Positions 1 through 8,033 of a stretch of 64,000 nt of DNA are shown piece by piece. Numbering within the stretch: position 1 is the stretch's first letter; each line of letters opens with the position of its first letter. This DNA is from Alphaproteobacteria bacterium (GTDB taxonomy: Bacteria; Pseudomonadota; Alphaproteobacteria; RF32; CAG-239), in assembly GCA_045603405.1 (NCBI GenBank), contig JAZUMA010000012.1, forward strand, positions 74,306 through 138,305. Reading direction: 5' to 3'. The position numbers were made by a program, and so were the translations under genes. The notes below the pieces were generated by a model, which was given only the letters and a program-made list of their open reading frames with translations, made no database searches and was not told where the DNA came from.

Positions 1-1585
1 CTTTTGCTCTGATTAAAGCATTTGCGCGCCGCAGATAGCTCCATAATTTAGGAGCTTCCATATTTATGATTGAAATCATTGATGTTGATGATCTTTCATC
101 TTTTATATTGCTTAATTGTTCTGAGAGATTCTTTAATGTAGAGTTTTTATTATTTGTATCTAACCAAGTTGAAGAATATTGTTTTACTGTGTCTAAATTT
201 GTTATATTTTCCACTTCATAATCTTCTAAAATATGTTTATATACACCTTCCTCTTTATATGGTGTATAAAGAGCTAATCGTACATATGGATCACATTTTT
301 CTTTTCTCAATTCCTCGGGATCATTCGAATTACAAAAATAATCTTTTTCAGCTTTTGCCTGTACAATGCAGTGGCGCAATTTTTCAATAAAAACGCCTAA
401 TTTGTCGTCTTTATTTATATCATCAAATTTTAATTCGTTGCAATCTAATTCTTTTGAAATCAAAAAACTTTTATCTTCTCCATCTTTATCCGCGTATATT
501 CCTGTCAGATATATACTGCGATGTTTCTCATATGTATGATAGACATATTGTATGCTTTTTTTTACTTCTAAACTGCTTGTTTTATCTTTAGAATCATCTT
601 CATCCGAGTATTCTTTTTTATTTGCAATACTATCTAATATTGTTTCTTTTAACTTTTTTATGTCTTTACTGATTTCGCGACCTTCATTGGTTAATTCCAT
701 TAATTTTTGCTCATCAAATTTTGTTTGCGCTTCTTGAACCTTTTTTTGTAGATTATTACCGATAGCAGATAAGTCATCTTTTTTGACACTCCCTTTATAA
801 TAACTTGTTACCATACCGTTATATTCATCATATGCATTTAGAATTTTTTTATTATCTTCTGCCTTGTTTATCTTAAAATCATCAAAAATTTCTTTGGCTT
901 GTAGGCTATAGTTATTAATTTTTGTACTAAGTTGCTGTGCCTGATTTTGCAGATTATTTTTTGTTGCACTATCTAAATCTGTACTATTGTTCACTTGCTC
1001 TATTAAATCATTAACAACTTTTTGTGCATCTGAAGATTCTTTCAAAATACGCTCTTGTGCTTTATCTAATATTGCAGAATCTTCTTTATAATTCTCGATT
1101 ATATCTTCTTTTGTTTCTTCAATCTTTGCTTGGACAATCTCTTTTGACTCACCATTATTAATTAAATTTTCTGTGGTTTTAACTATATTTTGTGTATTTC
1201 CTGTTTCTCGTACCGAACTCTTGTTAATCTGAGTGTTTACGTCTTTAGCAACATCAACTACACTGTTTGCAGCACTTTCTACTGTATTAAGAGCATTTGT
1301 TATATTTGATTTTACTTCATCTAAACTTGATTTTATATCTTTAGCATATTTTTGTAGCAAACTCGCCTGGTCACCAATAGACTGAATTGTTGAAATATAA
1401 TTTTTAACCTGAGCTACAGCTCCAGTAATTTTTGAAGCGCCGTTGGTAACATCATTTTTAATAGAAGAAATTTCAGCAGCATCTATGGTCAACCAGAAAA
1501 AGGCATTTGCCGGTAGCACAATCATACAGGCACTGCAGCATATTGCCATGCCTACTAATTTTCTAACTCTTTTTCTTACTTGCAT
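1..1585 (-). CDS. Secreted VirB5/TrbJ-like helical protein, paralog of 1629..2714; runs off the left edge (>528 aa)
   Basis: Not in the ORF track because it is truncated. ATG at 1585 follows RBS GGGAGGA. N-terminus MQVRKRVRKLVGMAICCSACMIVLPANA-FFWLTIDAAE (signal peptide). No stop in the stretches checked down to base 2. Shares TIQSIGDQ/TLTAIGDK and YDEYNGMVTSY/FNNYERIVQAY segments with its neighbour. Confidence 0.6.
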   Translation of the reverse strand, partial: MQVRKRVRKLVGMAICCSACMIVLPANAFFWLTIDAAEISSIKNDVTNGASKITGAVAQVKNYISTIQSIGDQASLLQKYAKDIKSSLDEVKSNITNALNTVESAANSVVDVAKDVNTQINKSSVRETGNTQNIVKTTENLINNGESKEIVQAKIEETKEDIIENYKEDSAILDKAQERILKESSDAQKVVNDLIEQVNNSTDLDSATKNNLQNQAQQLSTKINNYSLQAKEIFDDFKINKAEDNKKILNAYDEYNGMVTSYYKGSVKKDDLSAIGNNLQKKVQEAQTKFDEQKLMELTNEGREISKDIKKLKETILDSIANKKEYSDEDDSKDKTSSLEVKKSIQYVYHTYEKHRSIYLTGIYADKDGEDKSFLISKELDCNELKFDDINKDDKLGVFIEKLRHCIVQAKAEKDYFCNSNDPEELRKEKCDPYVRLALYTPYKEEGVYKHILEDYEVENITNLDTVKQYSSTWLDTNNKNSTLKNLSEQLSNIKDERSSTSMISIINMEAPKLWSYLRRANALIRAK

Positions 1586-1628
1586 ATCAGTCCTCCCTAA
1601 TAATCTTCATTTCCTCATTATTTTCTTA

Positions 1629-2714
1629 TCAGCTATCCTTTTCTTTATTTGCTACTGTATTTTCAATTTCCGCGGACAATTCAGCCATTTCTTTTCTAAC
1701 CATTTGCCACTCTTCTTTATAGCTTTTTATCGTGTTTTCATCAGGCATAACATTTATTGATGAAACATCTTTTTTTAATTTGTTTTCTGCCTGATCCAGT
1801 TCCTCTTTTGTTGCATTTTTTTCTAAATATGCCTGAACAATCCTTTCATAGTTATTAAATCCGTCAACCAGCTTTGTCTGATATTCCCGATTATACCTAT
1901 TTTTAATACTTTCGATAATATCTGCGCCCCAGTCTGAAACTTTTTGCTCATGAATAATTAAATCAGCTAATTTCTTTTCCAGTTTCTCTTTTTGAGCCGT
2001 GTCTATATCAGTGTCTTGTTTAAGTAGTGTTTCCTGTAATAAAAGCAATTGCTTGTGGCTTATATCTGTGCTTTGGTTTAATACATATATTGCATCTTCC
2101 AATATATCATTTAATTCTTCTGTTAATCGTTCACTTTCTTTTTTAAACAGCGCAAATATCTCTGATATATCTTCACTGTCATCATTTATTTCTTCTTCTT
2201 CCTCTTCTTCTTCAATACTTAGCGGCAAATCTTTATCCTTTAGCGGTAATTTTATTTTCCCTTTGTCCCCTAAAAAATTGTTGTTAGAAAAAGCTGTTTG
2301 ATTAATTTTGCTATTAATTTGGGTGGTTAACTGTTTGGTCAAATCATTTTGTTTACTGGTTACATTATCCAAAGCGCTATTTATTTTATCTTGAACACTA
2401 CCTCCAATATTAGCTGCGTCATCTATTGTTTTTGTAACATGCACCGTAAGAGACTTTATATCAGCATTTATTTTGCTGAGATCAGTTGTAAATTTAGAAA
2501 TGGTATTAACTTTATCACCGATTGCTGTTAATGTTTCCTTTAATTGTGATATTTGAGACTTCACATTATTTAATGATTTTGTTGTCGCCGTTATTTGTGA
2601 AAACAGAGGAACGCTTTCTAACCAATCAAAAACAGGAATCCCTGCATGTGCAGGCTCAATTAACAAAAACGTGCAGCAAGAAATTGTAGCTATTTGCTGT
2701 TTAACAGATACCAT
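1629..2714 (-). CDS. VirB5/TrbJ-like minor pilin, extended coiled-coil protein
   Basis: Start moved to 2714 (RBS AGGAGGAG). Signal peptide ends AHA followed by GIPVFD, the typical VirB5/TrbJ mature N-terminus. Directly downstream of virB4. Central poly-Glu tract. Confidence 0.6.
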   Translation of the reverse strand: MVSVKQQIATISCCTFLLIEPAHAGIPVFDWLESVPLFSQITATTKSLNNVKSQISQLKETLTAIGDKVNTISKFTTDLSKINADIKSLTVHVTKTIDDAANIGGSVQDKINSALDNVTSKQNDLTKQLTTQINSKINQTAFSNNNFLGDKGKIKLPLKDKDLPLSIEEEEEEEEINDDSEDISEIFALFKKESERLTEELNDILEDAIYVLNQSTDISHKQLLLLQETLLKQDTDIDTAQKEKLEKKLADLIIHEQKVSDWGADIIESIKNRYNREYQTKLVDGFNNYERIVQAYLEKNATKEELDQAENKLKKDVSSINVMPDENTIKSYKEEWQMVRKEMAELSAEIENTVANKEKDS

Positions 2715-2788
2715 AATACTCCTCCTACACAGAAAAATACTCTTTATCGTATTGATTGTATCATTTTTTTTTATTTCTGTCAACATTT

Positions 2789-5242
2789 TTACGCACCTCC
2801 ATACCCTTCAAGGTACTTGGTCACAAACCCATCTTCGCCAAATTCATTTACGAGGCTTTCTACTAGCAAAACATTCTTTATACCGGAGTTATATAGCTTC
2901 AAATATGGGCCTAATCCGCTCAAATTAACATCCAGTACAACGGATTCACCTTTACCATCATCTGCATCAGGTCTTTTAAGCAGAATTGCATAAGGATAAT
3001 CTCGATAACTTTTACCACTTATAAAATCATATTCACTGTCGGTTAAGTTCCATTTTTCATATGACTCAGGTGTTGCTTGCGTATTTCTGAAGAAAATCAT
3101 TGTCTTACATTGTCCGCGTACAGCATCTCCCACACCTAAAGTATCAATAATATTCGGCTGTTGAAAAGCACACAAATAAGCCTGCCGTTTTTTACGTCCT
3201 TCTTGCAAACCTTTGATGAAGGCATCTCTAAACATTTCGTGTTTTAACATCGGCGCCGTTTCGTCGATCATAACTAATGCCGGATTACCTGTTTCCGTGC
3301 TTTCTGCGTGTATTCTGTGCATGATATAACTAATTGATGCTGCAGCCAAAGTATCATCATCAAAAATTTCCGTAAAATCAAAGGCAACGAAACGATTTGT
3401 TGATAAATCAAGACTATCATGTTCAGCATTAAATATATTACCATATTGATCCGGATTAACCCAACGATATAACTCTCTTCTCATCACTCCGGTAGGAGAA
3501 AAACAACTTTTGTATAAGTTTGTTAAGACACGTTCTTCCGGTTTCAGATATTCAAATGCTGTTGTTACCGCGCGCGCTGCCTCTCGTTCGGATAAAGCGT
3601 CATTGGCCATTGTTATTGCTTTCAGCCAATTACGCAAAAATGCTCTGTTGCTCATCGTATCTCTGCTGTCAAACGGATTAAGCGACACGTTTTTTCTTTC
3701 GCCGCTAAAACCGACATATTTTCCTTTAACCATATGTGTAAAGATTTCTGCACCGCGATGTCGGTCAAAGAAATAAACTTTCAAATCATTATGGCGCATA
3801 GCTTGTCCGGCTAAGAACGTCAGCAATGTTGTCTTACCTTGTCCGGTTGGTCCAACAATACAGCAGTGTGCCACTGCAGATTCTTCTGCTGATATATGAA
3901 ATTGGAATCGATACGGTGAACCACTCATGGTTCTAAATACCGTAATAGCGCCTTCACCCCAGTCACTGCGCGGAAGTCCTGTTGAAAGCTGTTCAAATCC
4001 TACTGCTAAAGAAACAACTCTTGAAAGATAAAAATATGTGCGTCCGCATTTTTCATATCCCGGAAACTGATTAAAGAATGTCGCTTGTGCAATCCAATTT
4101 TCGCGCACCGGTGTTACACTGAACAAACGGCATATTCGTTGAATTTCTCCTTCCCCGAATTCTATTTCTTTCATTGTATCGCCTTTAATGATAAAACTCA
4201 TTGAATATTCGACCAATGATTGGTGATCAGTATCACTATCTTCAATTGCAGCAAGAGCCTCACCATATTGTTGAACCACATCACCGGAAAAATTAGTAAC
4301 TTCTGCCATTTTTTGTTGTTGCACTAAAATCATACGCGCTTTTGGTTTAAATATCGGATGAATATTATGCAATACTGTCAATTCGCAATCAATAGCTAAC
4401 AAAGATGAAATCATGCTTTCATCCATGTAGTCTCCGGAATTTCTGATTCCCATTGTCAATGCATATTTTTCCCTGCCTCCGGAAAAATATTTAATGATGC
4501 CTTCTTCTCCGGTAAAATGTATTCCTTCTGCCGTTAATAATTCTTTTAATTGAAAACCTTGTGCATTCCTTATTTTAGGCATTGGTTTACTTATCGGGTT
4601 TAATATACGCACAAAAGGATATATCGGACTTAATTCTGCCGGACTGTTTTCATCTTCATGTAAAACTTTTACACCATAGTCATTTAAGTTTGCCAAAACA
4701 GATTGAGAGGCAAAATTTAAATCTTTAATGGCGTCTTTTCTATCTTCCACAGAAAGTACAATGTAGTGATCATTTTTATAAACGCGACTTAAGTTTGATC
4801 GCCATGTATCATCCACAATTTTCAGCCATTTATTACCAAAATCATTTTTATTATTCTCCACCGGCACGCGCTCTCTTAACGTGATAACACGGCAGGTAAT
4901 CTGCATATCTGCCATATTATCAAGCCATGACTTTCTTGCTTCAAACATTGAAAGAATAGTTTCTTCCCTTGCAGCTGTTAAATCCACACCCTCAACCTTA
5001 AACACTCGTACATATGTTCCGTTATCACAGCGCAGTGTAGCTCCATCTGAGAGCAAACTATTGAACGGCAAAAAATCTGCCACGCGTGATTCACTCGGTT
5101 GCGGTAATACCCATATTCCGATTTTACTTACCAATGAGATTACCATTGCTGCTGCCGCAATAATACCAAAAACGGCTACCATAACGTCAAGGCTATGCAG
5201 TCCTTCTAAAAACAACGAAGAAAAATTAAAATCAAGGCTCAA
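2789..5242 (-). CDS. virB4: VirB4/TrbE/CagE family T4SS ATPase
   Basis: 817 aa; Walker A GPTGQGKTT, FFDRHRG, LNPF, Walker B VMIDE, GRKK; overlaps virB3. Confidence 0.93.
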   Translation of the reverse strand: MSLDFNFSSLFLEGLHSLDVMVAVFGIIAAAAMVISLVSKIGIWVLPQPSESRVADFLPFNSLLSDGATLRCDNGTYVRVFKVEGVDLTAAREETILSMFEARKSWLDNMADMQITCRVITLRERVPVENNKNDFGNKWLKIVDDTWRSNLSRVYKNDHYIVLSVEDRKDAIKDLNFASQSVLANLNDYGVKVLHEDENSPAELSPIYPFVRILNPISKPMPKIRNAQGFQLKELLTAEGIHFTGEEGIIKYFSGGREKYALTMGIRNSGDYMDESMISSLLAIDCELTVLHNIHPIFKPKARMILVQQQKMAEVTNFSGDVVQQYGEALAAIEDSDTDHQSLVEYSMSFIIKGDTMKEIEFGEGEIQRICRLFSVTPVRENWIAQATFFNQFPGYEKCGRTYFYLSRVVSLAVGFEQLSTGLPRSDWGEGAITVFRTMSGSPYRFQFHISAEESAVAHCCIVGPTGQGKTTLLTFLAGQAMRHNDLKVYFFDRHRGAEIFTHMVKGKYVGFSGERKNVSLNPFDSRDTMSNRAFLRNWLKAITMANDALSEREAARAVTTAFEYLKPEERVLTNLYKSCFSPTGVMRRELYRWVNPDQYGNIFNAEHDSLDLSTNRFVAFDFTEIFDDDTLAAASISYIMHRIHAESTETGNPALVMIDETAPMLKHEMFRDAFIKGLQEGRKKRQAYLCAFQQPNIIDTLGVGDAVRGQCKTMIFFRNTQATPESYEKWNLTDSEYDFISGKSYRDYPYAILLKRPDADDGKGESVVLDVNLSGLGPYLKLYNSGIKNVLLVESLVNEFGEDGFVTKYLEGYGGA

Positions 5243-5522
5243 ATTTGTGTCCTTTCACCCGATATAAATTTTTTGATGTTAAATTAGTTGTTCCAAATGC
5301 CTGTATCATTCCCGAAAGATGCGGGTCTTTAGCACCGATAGCAACAACTATTATGTGCCCTACAACAATTGAGGTTATAAAGATCAACGGGTTCGCCTGC
5401 CAAATACCAATTGCCATAAACATAAAAGGAATCTGCAAACCGGCGTTTAACGCTGCCGGCAGAACCGGTGCCCAAAACAATTTCGGAGGATTTGCCACCG
5501 CCTTTAAGATGATGTCTCTCAT
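5232..5522 (-). CDS. virB3: VirB3/TrbD inner-membrane T4SS protein
   Basis: 96 aa, two hydrophobic segments, PPKLFWAP and KDP motifs, lies between virB2-like genes and virB4. Confidence 0.8.
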   Translation of the reverse strand: MRDIILKAVANPPKLFWAPVLPAALNAGLQIPFMFMAIGIWQANPLIFITSIVVGHIIVVAIGAKDPHLSGMIQAFGTTNLTSKNLYRVKGHKFEP

Positions 5523-5613
5523 GTCTTGTCCCTCAATTATTTGCTTCCTCTATCCTAGCAAATAATTCTTACAAAACAGTTAAATTCCTTTGTTTATTTT
5601 GTTTAAAAATGCA

Positions 5614-6246
5614 TTATTCGCTTAAGCTGCTACTAAAGGTATCATTAACACCTTTTTCTGTAAATGTTCTTGGTGAAGCAAATTGTTTCAAAGCGCCTAA
5701 TTCTGCATGCCCACCCGTCCAATAACTGATAAACAATCCGACGCCTGACAATAGGAATAAACTGATAAATATGTAGCCTAAATGTTTGAAGTTTATTTTG
5801 CCGCTGATTGCCAAAAATGTAAACATAATGATACCAAAACCGGCTAAGCAAAATGCTACATTTCTTAGACCAACTGCAAAGTTTATTGCGCGGCCGCTGA
5901 AAAAGTCAAAAATATTTGAAGAAACACCTACACCTTCACTGCTACCGACACTACTTCCTTTGGTTGCATAAAAAATCAATGCTCCTGTAGCTGATAACAC
6001 AGCAAGACCAACCAAAATACCGGCAAGCCAAGACCATTTGACTTTACCAAAAATTGCATAATACGTTACACCAACCAGTCCGAAACCGCCGATAATTAAA
6101 ATAATTCCTTTAACACTTATAAAGGTACTTGTTAATTTTTTTGCCGTTTTCTCCAGCATCGACTCTGCTGCCATAGCATCACCACACCACAATGCCACGA
6201 TTAGACAAAGAATAGTCAGTAAAAGTATTTTTCTGTATTTCATCAT
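5614..6246 (-). CDS. Pilin with two tandem VirB2/TrbC-like domains
   Basis: Signal peptide (AMA) then two copies of the hydrophobic hairpin (IFGKVKWSW; ISGKINFKH) joined by a Gly/Ser linker. Confidence 0.7.
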   Translation of the reverse strand: MMKYRKILLLTILCLIVALWCGDAMAAESMLEKTAKKLTSTFISVKGIILIIGGFGLVGVTYYAIFGKVKWSWLAGILVGLAVLSATGALIFYATKGSSVGSSEGVGVSSNIFDFFSGRAINFAVGLRNVAFCLAGFGIIMFTFLAISGKINFKHLGYIFISLFLLSGVGLFISYWTGGHAELGALKQFASPRTFTEKGVNDTFSSSLSE

Positions 6247-6256
6247 TGTCTTTCTC

Positions 6257-6589
6257 CTATTCTCCGTCTAAAATGCTAACGTCGTTTATTCCATCTGCGC
6301 CAGAACCTACAAACAATGCTATAAAGCCGCTACAGAGTGATATTACTATTAAACCGACAACAACGGCAGTCAGCCATTTCCAATTAATATTTCCGAAGAA
6401 TCCACCAATGCAAACGCAAATAATTCCAATCGCCGATGCAGGATATATTATTTTCCGCAATCCTGCAAATATTGTTTTTCCTGTTTCTTTTAGTGTTTCA
6501 AACGCAGCAAAACAATCTGTCGGCAGACAAATTACCAAAATCAGCGCTGCCAAAAAGATATAGGTTTCTATCTTACTTAGTCCAAGCAT
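6257..6589 (-). CDS. virB2: VirB2/TrbC-like pilin
   Basis: 110 aa; signal peptide (CFA); two hydrophobic helices around FFGNINWKW; upstream of virB3-virB4. Confidence 0.75.
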   Translation of the reverse strand: MLGLSKIETYIFLAALILVICLPTDCFAAFETLKETGKTIFAGLRKIIYPASAIGIICVCIGGFFGNINWKWLTAVVVGLIVISLCSGFIALFVGSGADGINDVSILDGE

Positions 6590-6619
6590 ATGCGTGCCCT
6601 CCTACCGGTTATTAGCTTT

Positions 6620-6648
6620 AGTTTATCATAAATCTTAAAAATTTTCCA
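6620..6648 (-). promoter_or_regulatory. Putative sigma70 promoter of the virB2-B3-B4 operon
   Basis: Minus strand TGGAAA-N17-TAAACT with TGn extended -10. Confidence 0.4.
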
Positions 6649-6703
6649 CTAAAAAAATGTACTCTGTTTTTTGATAAGATTCTGTTTATACTGTATATTT
6701 TTC

Positions 6704-6721
6704 TCTGTAACAAAAAATTCA
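6704..6721. promoter_or_regulatory. Upstream motif copy 1 (TCTGTAACAAAAAATTCA)
   Basis: 17/18 identical to 7583..7600; 115 bp upstream of the 6589 start. Confidence 0.5.
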
Positions 6722-7034
6722 CAGTCGGCAGGAGATACCCTGCACCCATCACTTATTTGGCTTTCCCTCTTGCTTTGGTATACGAGCGTTACCGCAATAT
6801 TTTCTTAGTTGATGCGATGCATTTTAAGGCGCGCCTTCATCTCTTAAAGAGTGGAAAATGTCATTCTTCGGCTTGTGCTCACATTGGCCGTCAAAGAATA
6901 TCCTCTTATTTCATTGTTTTTTTTCTTTGCCTTATACTTGGCGTAATATAAAAAATATTTTTTCTTATTTTGGCATTAACTTTTTCTTTAGCATAATCTA
7001 TTTGATTATTGGCATAAATTATGATTTTACGATT

Positions 7035-7069
7035 AAAAAAAAGCACTCACCTAAATGAGTGCTTTTTTT
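7035..7069. terminator. Intrinsic terminator after the 7082..7465 pilin gene
   Basis: A8-GCACTCA-cctaaa-TGAGTGC-T7. Confidence 0.85.
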
Positions 7070-7081
7070 GTTATGAATGCG

Positions 7082-7465
7082 TTACATTGACTCAGGTGCT
7101 TCTGTAAACGTATCTTCCATGATGCCTTCATCAGCGCCTGTAGCTCTACCTGCACGGTCACCAGTAGCATAGTTAATAATTGCACTGGCTGCTGCCAAGA
7201 TAGCTAAACCGATAGCTAAGCCGGCAAACCAAGACCATTTAACTTTACCGAAGATAGCTTGGAAAGCAATACCAACTAAACCGAAACCACCGACAATAAA
7301 GATAATACCTTTAACGTGTTGGAATAAGGTCAGCGCTTTGTTAGCAGCAGCTGTTAAGACACCCCCGTTACCATCAGTAGCTTGTGCCAAAGCACCATTT
7401 GCTAATACAGTTGTAAATACGAGTGCTAATGTGCACAGTATAAACATTTTCTTTAAGTTTCTCAT
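7082..7465 (-). CDS. virB2: VirB2/TrbC-like pilin, monocistronic (probable major pilin)
   Basis: Start 7465 with RBS AGGAG; signal peptide ALA-QA; IFGKVKWSW hairpin; own terminator. Confidence 0.78.
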   Translation of the reverse strand: MRNLKKMFILCTLALVFTTVLANGALAQATDGNGGVLTAAANKALTLFQHVKGIIFIVGGFGLVGIAFQAIFGKVKWSWFAGLAIGLAILAAASAIINYATGDRAGRATGADEGIMEDTFTEAPESM

Positions 7466-7582
7466 TTCAGTTCTCCTAAAATTCATTATACATTTCTTTT
7501 GTACCATATTTTTAAAAAAATTTCAAGTCTTTTACCTTCCGCAAAATGTAAGATAACGTATTGATTTTTAATATTTATTTTT

Positions 7583-7600
7583 TCTGTAACAAAAACTTCA
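7583..7600. promoter_or_regulatory. Upstream motif copy 2 (TCTGTAACAAAAACTTCA)
   Basis: Matches 6704..6721; 118 bp upstream of the 7465 start. Confidence 0.5.
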
Positions 7601-7650
7601 TACTGCATTTTGCCTAATTTTAGGCCTTTTTCACCATTTTCCTCATCTCA

Positions 7651-7970
7651 GAATCGCTATTTTTACGCTTTTTCTTGTCTTTTTTATCATCTCTTCCTAT
7701 TCCTCTCTTTTGGTTAAGCAACCTTTATTTTAAAATGCTTTCCCTTATGTTTCTGCATATTTTAATCCTATGATTCGTCTTTAAATTATTTAATTCCTGT
7801 TACCTCTGTTACTTATCTTCTTCTCGCTATAACTTTTTCTTTTTATCCCCAAAAAGCACTCAAAGACTCCGACTCTCAAATCGACTCTGAGAGTAAGGAA
7901 AAGTCCGTATTTTCGCGAGTCGTGAAAAAAATTATTGTTATTAAATCCAAAATGTAATTGCCAACGATTC
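7651..7970. promoter_or_regulatory. Cluster of GANTC (CcrM-type methylation) sites in the divergent promoter region
   Basis: GANTC at 7651, 7772, 7865, 7871, 7883, 7917, 7966. Confidence 0.45.
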
Positions 7971-8033
7971 TATTCAATGTTTAAATATGATTAACAACTT
8001 AAATAAGGTTATGTATAAGGAAATTTTCAGTTT

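Noticed and set aside
154-1760. Short plus-strand ORFs at 154, 552 and 1443
   Set aside because: Antisense shadows of the minus-strand VirB5-like genes.
2187-2213. GAA-rich tract as a phase-variable repeat
   Set aside because: In-frame imperfect triplets encoding poly-Glu; slippage would not shift the frame.
6722-7034. ORFs 6757..6951 and 6858..7058 and a small GCAGG/CCTGC hairpin between pilin genes
   Set aside because: No RBS or recognisable protein features, and the hairpin alone is too weak to call an RNA.
7981-8002. Second CtrA box upstream of 8034
   Set aside because: TTAA half-sites are spaced N6 and N4, not N7, and are expected by chance in AT-rich DNA.
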